Shown here: positions 58,088 to 64,000 of the stretch, one piece after another
Numbering within the stretch: the first letter of the stretch is position 1
Layout: each line of letters starts with the position of its first letter
Source: Eledone cirrhosa
Lineage: Eukaryota
Assembly (NCBI GenBank): GCA_964016885.1
Contig: OZ024740.1
Coordinates: 29,512,001-29,576,000 of the forward strand
Direction of reading: 5' to 3'
DNA: 64,000 bases
The notes under the pieces: generated by a model
What the model saw: the letters and a program-made list of their open reading frames with translations, nothing else
What the model was told of the DNA's origin: nothing
Databases searched by the model: none
Translations under genes and position numbers: made by a program

Positions 58088-58409
58088 CATTGTAAGTGTT
58101 TCTGTCTGTGTGTTTGTGTGTTTGTGTATATATATATATATATATGTGTGTGTCTGTGTGTGTATGTGTGTGTGTGTCAGTGTATGTGTTTCTGTCTGTG
58201 TGTTTGTGTATATATATATCTGTGCGTGTGTCTGTGTGTGTGTGTGTGTGTGTGTCACTGTATGTGTTTCTGTCTGTGTATGTGTGTGTGTGTATATATA
58301 TGTTTGTGCATTATGTGATATGTGTACGTTTGTAAGCGAGGCAGCACATATCTGACTCTCGCCTGGAGAGCGTCATACTGTGTACTACCTGTCAGTCAGT
58401 TGTGTTAAT

Positions 58410-58460
58410 ACTCCACTACTACTACTACTACTACCACTACTACTGCTGCTGCTGCTGCTG

Positions 58461-58500
<40 letters not shown>

Positions 58501-58570
58501 CACTACCACTACCACTACTGCTGCTGCTACTGCTGCTGCTGCTACTACTACTACTACTATTACTACTATT

Positions 58571-58614
<44 letters not shown>

Positions 58615-58655
58615 CACTACCACTACCACTACTACTACTACTACTACTGCTACTG

Positions 58656-58686
<31 letters not shown>

Positions 58687-59254
58687 CAGTACCACTACTA
58701 CTACCACTACTACTACTACCACTACTACTACTACCACTACCACCACTACTACTACCGCTACTACTACTACTGCTACTACTGCTACTACTACTACTGCTAC
58801 TGCTAGTGCTGCAACTGCTGCTACTGCTGCTACTCTACTACTACTACTACTACTACTACTGCTACTACTACTACTATACTGCTGCTGCTGCTGCTACTAC
58901 TACTACTACTGCTACTACTACTGCTACTACTACTGCTACTACTACTGCTATTACTACTACTGCTGTTGTTAGTGCTGCTACGACTGCTGTTACTACTACT
59001 ACTGCTGCTGTTTCTACTACTGCTACTACTACTACTAATGCTGCTACTGCTACTACTACTACAACTACTACCACTAATACTACTGCCATCACTACCACTA
59101 CTACAGCCACCACTACTACTACTACTACTACAACCACCACTGCTACTACTACAACCATCACCACCACTACTACTATTACTACTACTAATACTACTGTCAC
59201 TGCTACTACTACTATAACCACCACTACTACTACTACTACTACTACAGCCACCAG

Positions 59255-59291
<37 letters not shown>

Positions 59292-59312
59292 GTCACTGCC
59301 ACTACTACTACA

Positions 59313-59377
<65 letters not shown>

Positions 59378-60648
59378 CACTACCACACCGTCATATCCGC
59401 TATTATGTTTTGATTTATTTCCCGCCTTCAGTCATGAAAACTCCGGACATCTTCATATTTCGTTTTCATTCCAGTTTACACTCCCCACCACACCCCACCA
59501 CACTACACCACACTACACCACACCACACTACACTACACCACACTAGACCACACTACACTGCACCACACTACACCACACCACACCACACAACATTATACCA
59601 CTACCACCACCACAACCACCACCATCTATAGCAGAACCACAACTACCATTACCACCAACACCACCACCATCATTACCACCACCACCACCACCACCACTAC
59701 CGCCACCACCAACACCACTACCACCACCACCACCACCACCGCTAACACCACCACCACCTACACCACCACCACCACTACTACCACTACCACCACTAAAACC
59801 ACCACCACCACTACATACCACTACCACCACTACCACCATCACCACTACCACCACCACCACAGCTAACACCACCACCACCAGCACTAACAACACTACCACC
59901 ACTACAACCACCACAATCATCACCACCACCAACACCACCACTACCATCACCACCACTACCACCACAACCACCACCACTACCACCACCACCACCACCGTCA
60001 CCACTACTAACAACACCACCACTACCACCAATACTAGCACTACCAGCACCAACACCACCACCACCACCACCACTACTAACACTACCACCACCACCACTAC
60101 CATCCCTACCACTAATATTACCACTACCACCAACACCACTACCACCACTACTACCACCTCTACCACCACCACTACCAACACCACCACCAATACTACCACA
60201 AGCACCACCACTACCACCACTACCAAAACCACAACCACCACCACTACGACCACCACCACCCCACCACCACCCCACCACCACGACACCAGCACCATCACAC
60301 CACTACCACCACCACCACCACTACCACCACCACCACCACTACAACACCACTACACCACCACCACTACCACCACCACTACACCACCAGCACCCCATCACCA
60401 CTACACCACTACCACCATCACTACCACCACCACCACCACTACCACCACCACCACTACACCACCACCACCCCCCCACCGCTACCACCACCACCACCACTAC
60501 ACCACCACCACCCCACCACTACCACCACTACCACTACAACACCACTACACCACCTCCACCACCACCCTCATCACCACCACCACCACCACCAATACCACCA
60601 CCACCACCAATACCACCACCACCACCACCACCACCAATACTACTACTC
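58410..60648. repeat. (CTA/CCA)n compound array
   Basis: Seen directly. Confidence 0.97.
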
Positions 60649-61178
60649 CGTCATTTCTACATATATCTCCCCTTCCCCCTCCATATCTCCTCCTCTTCCG
60701 TCTTCCATCTATTTTCTTCCCCTCTCTCTTCTTATCTTCCCTCATCTGCAGCCCCTTCATCTTATTCTTCTTTTTCTCCAACTTCCCCTTATCTTCACTT
60801 CCCCCTCCCCCCTCCACCTTCACCCCCACCTCTCCTCATCGCCTTCCCCGCTTCTTCTTCTTCCTTCATCGCCTTCACCTCCCCACTCCCTTCTCCCCTC
60901 CCCTCCCCCTCTTCTTCACCTCCGGCAAACCAGGAAGCCAGGAAATTATTATATTCTTGTCTTCGTTTACTTTAACCATCTCTCTCATTCTCTCTCTCAC
61001 TCTCTCTCACTCTCATTCTCACTCTCACCCTCTCTCTCTTACACACTCTCTCTTTTTCTCCCCCCCCCCCACTACCTCTCTCTCTCTCTCTCTCTTTCGC
61101 TCTTTCTATATAACTATATATCTACCTCTCTCTCTCTACATATCTATATATAGGTATATATACATATAGGTATATATA

Positions 61179-61915
61179 CAACTTTTTTTAGCCGTTGCTC
61201 GCACCAACCGGAGGCATATGGTCTTTAAAGCGATGAAATACCAATGATGGTTGGAAGATCACTGATGAAGGACCACTTTATTCATATGTAACCCATTAGC
61301 AACCCCGCAGCACGTTTATTCTCATATTTACACATATATTTTTCCCCCGCTGTTACACGTCTATTTCGTTCTTACTGCTTCCTCTTTCTCTGTATCTTTA
61401 CCCTCTCTAGCAGTCACTCTCTCTGTTAGCCTCTTCCTCACCCTTCCCTCACTCATTCTCTGTTACTACCTCTCTTCCTCCTCCTTCTTCCCGTTTGACC
61501 TGTGCGTAATTCTTTTCTTTCGTACCCTTGGTCTGGCAGATCGCTTTTTTTCTCTCTCTCGTCTACGATTTCACAGAACTTACGTTCACCGAAACCACAG
61601 ACTATATCCCTTCTTCCTCCCGTTAGACCTGTACGGAATTCCTTCCTTGCTCACATTCCAACCAGGTTTGATGGTCTTTATTCTCTCTCGTTCACGATTT
61701 CACCGAATTTAAATTCATAGAAATTTGGGACTTGACTCCTTCTTCCTCATTTTTCGTTGCTTCACCATTTTTGTTTGTTTACACTCGTGTCCCCTTTATT
61801 TACGTGTCCCAACGACTTTTTTTAGCCGTTGCTCGCACCAACCGGAGGGGTATGGTCTTTAAAGCGATGAAATACCAATGATGGTGGGAAGATCATTGAT
61901 GAAGGACTAACTTTA

Positions 61916-61922
<7 letters not shown>
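61179..61922. mobile_element. Non-coding element with ~108 bp terminal direct repeats, abutting (TA)n
   Basis: actttttttagccgttgctcgcaccaaccggagg...tgatgaaggac..ctttattcatat at 61181 and 61816; internal diverged duplication (about 61480-61595 vs 61608-61722). Confidence 0.75.
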
Positions 61923-62007
<85 letters not shown>

Positions 62008-62072
62008 ATATTAACAAATGGAAACTATATTTATAAAACCATATTTATTTCATTATACATATTTCAAGGACA

Positions 62073-62139
<67 letters not shown>

Positions 62140-62149
62140 TATATATATG

Positions 62150-62186
<37 letters not shown>

Positions 62187-62449
62187 GTATATATGTATAT
62201 ATATATATATATGTATGTATATATTTATATATGTATATATATATATGTGTATATATATATATGTATATATATGTATATATATATGTATATATATATATGT
62301 ATATATATATGTATATATATATATGTGTATATATATATATATGTATATATATATGTATATATATATATGTATATATATATGTATATATATATATATGTAT
62401 ATATATATATGTATATATATATGTATATATATATATGTATATATATATG

Positions 62450-62481
<32 letters not shown>

Positions 62482-62493
62482 TGTATATATATG

Positions 62494-62556
<63 letters not shown>

Positions 62557-62563
62557 GTATATA

Positions 62564-62607
<44 letters not shown>

Positions 62608-62609
<2 letters not shown>

Positions 62610-64000
62610 CGATATTAAACAAATGGAAGCTATATTTATAAAACCATATTTATTTCGTTATATATATTTCTGGGATATCATATTAAAAATATGGTATGCC
62701 TTCCTCAGACAAAATACAATACATAAGCTGTTTTATAAATAATTATTGACATACCTTATAATAATGCAACTTCCATTTATAAAGTTGATTTGGCAGTGAA
62801 ACTGTTATGACAGTTATATAGAAAGAAAAACGAAGATGAGAAGAAGAAGATGAAGAGATGTATGTAAATAAAAAAAAGAAGAAGATGAAGAGATGTATGT
62901 AAAGAAAAACAACAGAGCAAGATAGAGAGACAAGGAGATATGGGAGAGAGAAATACATTGAGGAAGTGAAAAAATATAGTAGGCAGCTTTTGGACAGATG
63001 ATCATCGTATATGTGAGAGGTTAAGGAGGGAAGGGATACAGTTAAACTAGCCGACACATAAATCACGTCCAGTGTATAGGAGAAAAAGAAAGAAAGATGA
63101 CATATTTAAAATATATTAAAAATATATTATGTCTCATCCATTTGAATTATCAATTTTTATGAATTAGGTATTATAATGTAAATATCAGTATTCATGAATG
63201 AGACACATATCCATAATGTGTGAAAAAAATGACCACATGCTTAGTTTAAAAATTCTTAGGTCTATAAGCAAAATCTGAGATAAAACTTCAAACATAAGTA
63301 TATATGCATTCTCGTGAAAAAAGAAAAAGAGAAAAGAGAAGCTTATCTCAAATTCAAGTTGATAAATATAGACACACATGTGAACCTACGTGATATGCTC
63401 CACAGATTCTTATATTTCATGAAAAACTTCATTGCGTTACAAAAGATTCCATCCTACATACATTTACATACATATATACATATATATAGACATAAAATAT
63501 ATAAGATATACATTAACATTTAAAATAACATTCCAGCCTCACTTGCATGATTATCGATCAAGCATAGAGTAGACAACAGATATCAATATTAAAAATTAAA
63601 AACGCCAAGAATATCTTCGTCACTCCACAGAGTATCTAGGGACGCAAGAGAACATAGTATGCCACGCATATCGGTCACATAAAATCAGAATCAAAAGCAA
63701 ACAAAACCAAAATTGTTCACCAAGCCTTATTTACCAGAAATCATTCAAAACTTATTCTACAAATGCTCTTATATTTATTATAGAAGTTTATCCAGCTTAA
63801 AAATTTATTCAAAAGATTGGGAACAACGCCAATTTTAGGGTAGTTTATTTAATCTCATTAATTATATATTCATACAGAAAGGTTTTAAAAAAATTGAAGG
63901 AATCGAAAGATTTATCGCCAAGTTTCATAAATATCCTTAACCTCTCACATATACGATGATCATCTGTCCAAAAGCTGCCTACTATATTTTTTCACTTCCT
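62608..64000. mobile_element. Fold-back element of the 33 kb family; left arm 62608-63027, right arm begins at 63934 and runs off the window
   Basis: 62960-63027 is the exact reverse complement of 63934-64000; shared terminus tatatttataaaaccatatttatt; truncated extra terminus at 62001-62075. Confidence 0.85.
62651..62717 (-). ncRNA. Type I minimal hammerhead ribozyme
   Basis: Minus strand: tattttgt-CTGAGGA-aggcataccatatt(ttt)aatatgatatccca-GAAA-tatata-TA-acgaaata. Confidence 0.85.

Noticed and set aside
61218-61276. Permuted hammerhead or HDV-like fold in the direct repeat
   Set aside because: Stem I is absent, there are extra bases before GAAA, the second copy has ttgatga, and I could not build an HDV pseudoknot by eye

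Overview
This window is repeat-dominated eukaryotic DNA; the SINE families and very high microsatellite load suggest an octopus or other coleoid mollusc (inference). No conventional host gene is recognisable, and most long ORFs in the track are read-through of (TA)n, (TAC)n or (ACC)n arrays. Real content falls into five groups. (1) A ~15 kb head-to-tail array of seven Tx1/L1-like LINEs (40.3-55.2 kb, minus strand), joined through (CTAT)n with 16-18 bp target-site duplications, plus a solo copy in (CTGT)n at 25.8-29.7 kb. The copies share a 5'-UTR hairpin and a splice-donor-like motif over the ORF1 stop. (2) Penelope-like elements (RT + GIY-YIG) and many non-coding fold-back derivatives in (TA)n that carry type I hammerhead ribozyme motifs, including core variants. 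(3) R4/Dong-like and RTE (Rex3/Expander-like) LINE 3' ends. (4) Many tRNA-derived SINEs, several as head-to-head inverted pairs. (5) An unexplained compact block at 55.2-57.9 kb: a spliced SGNH-hydrolase gene, a direct-repeat-flanked BACK-like ORF, and an inverted-repeat module ending in (TA)n. All calls were made by eye; coordinates may be off by a few bases.
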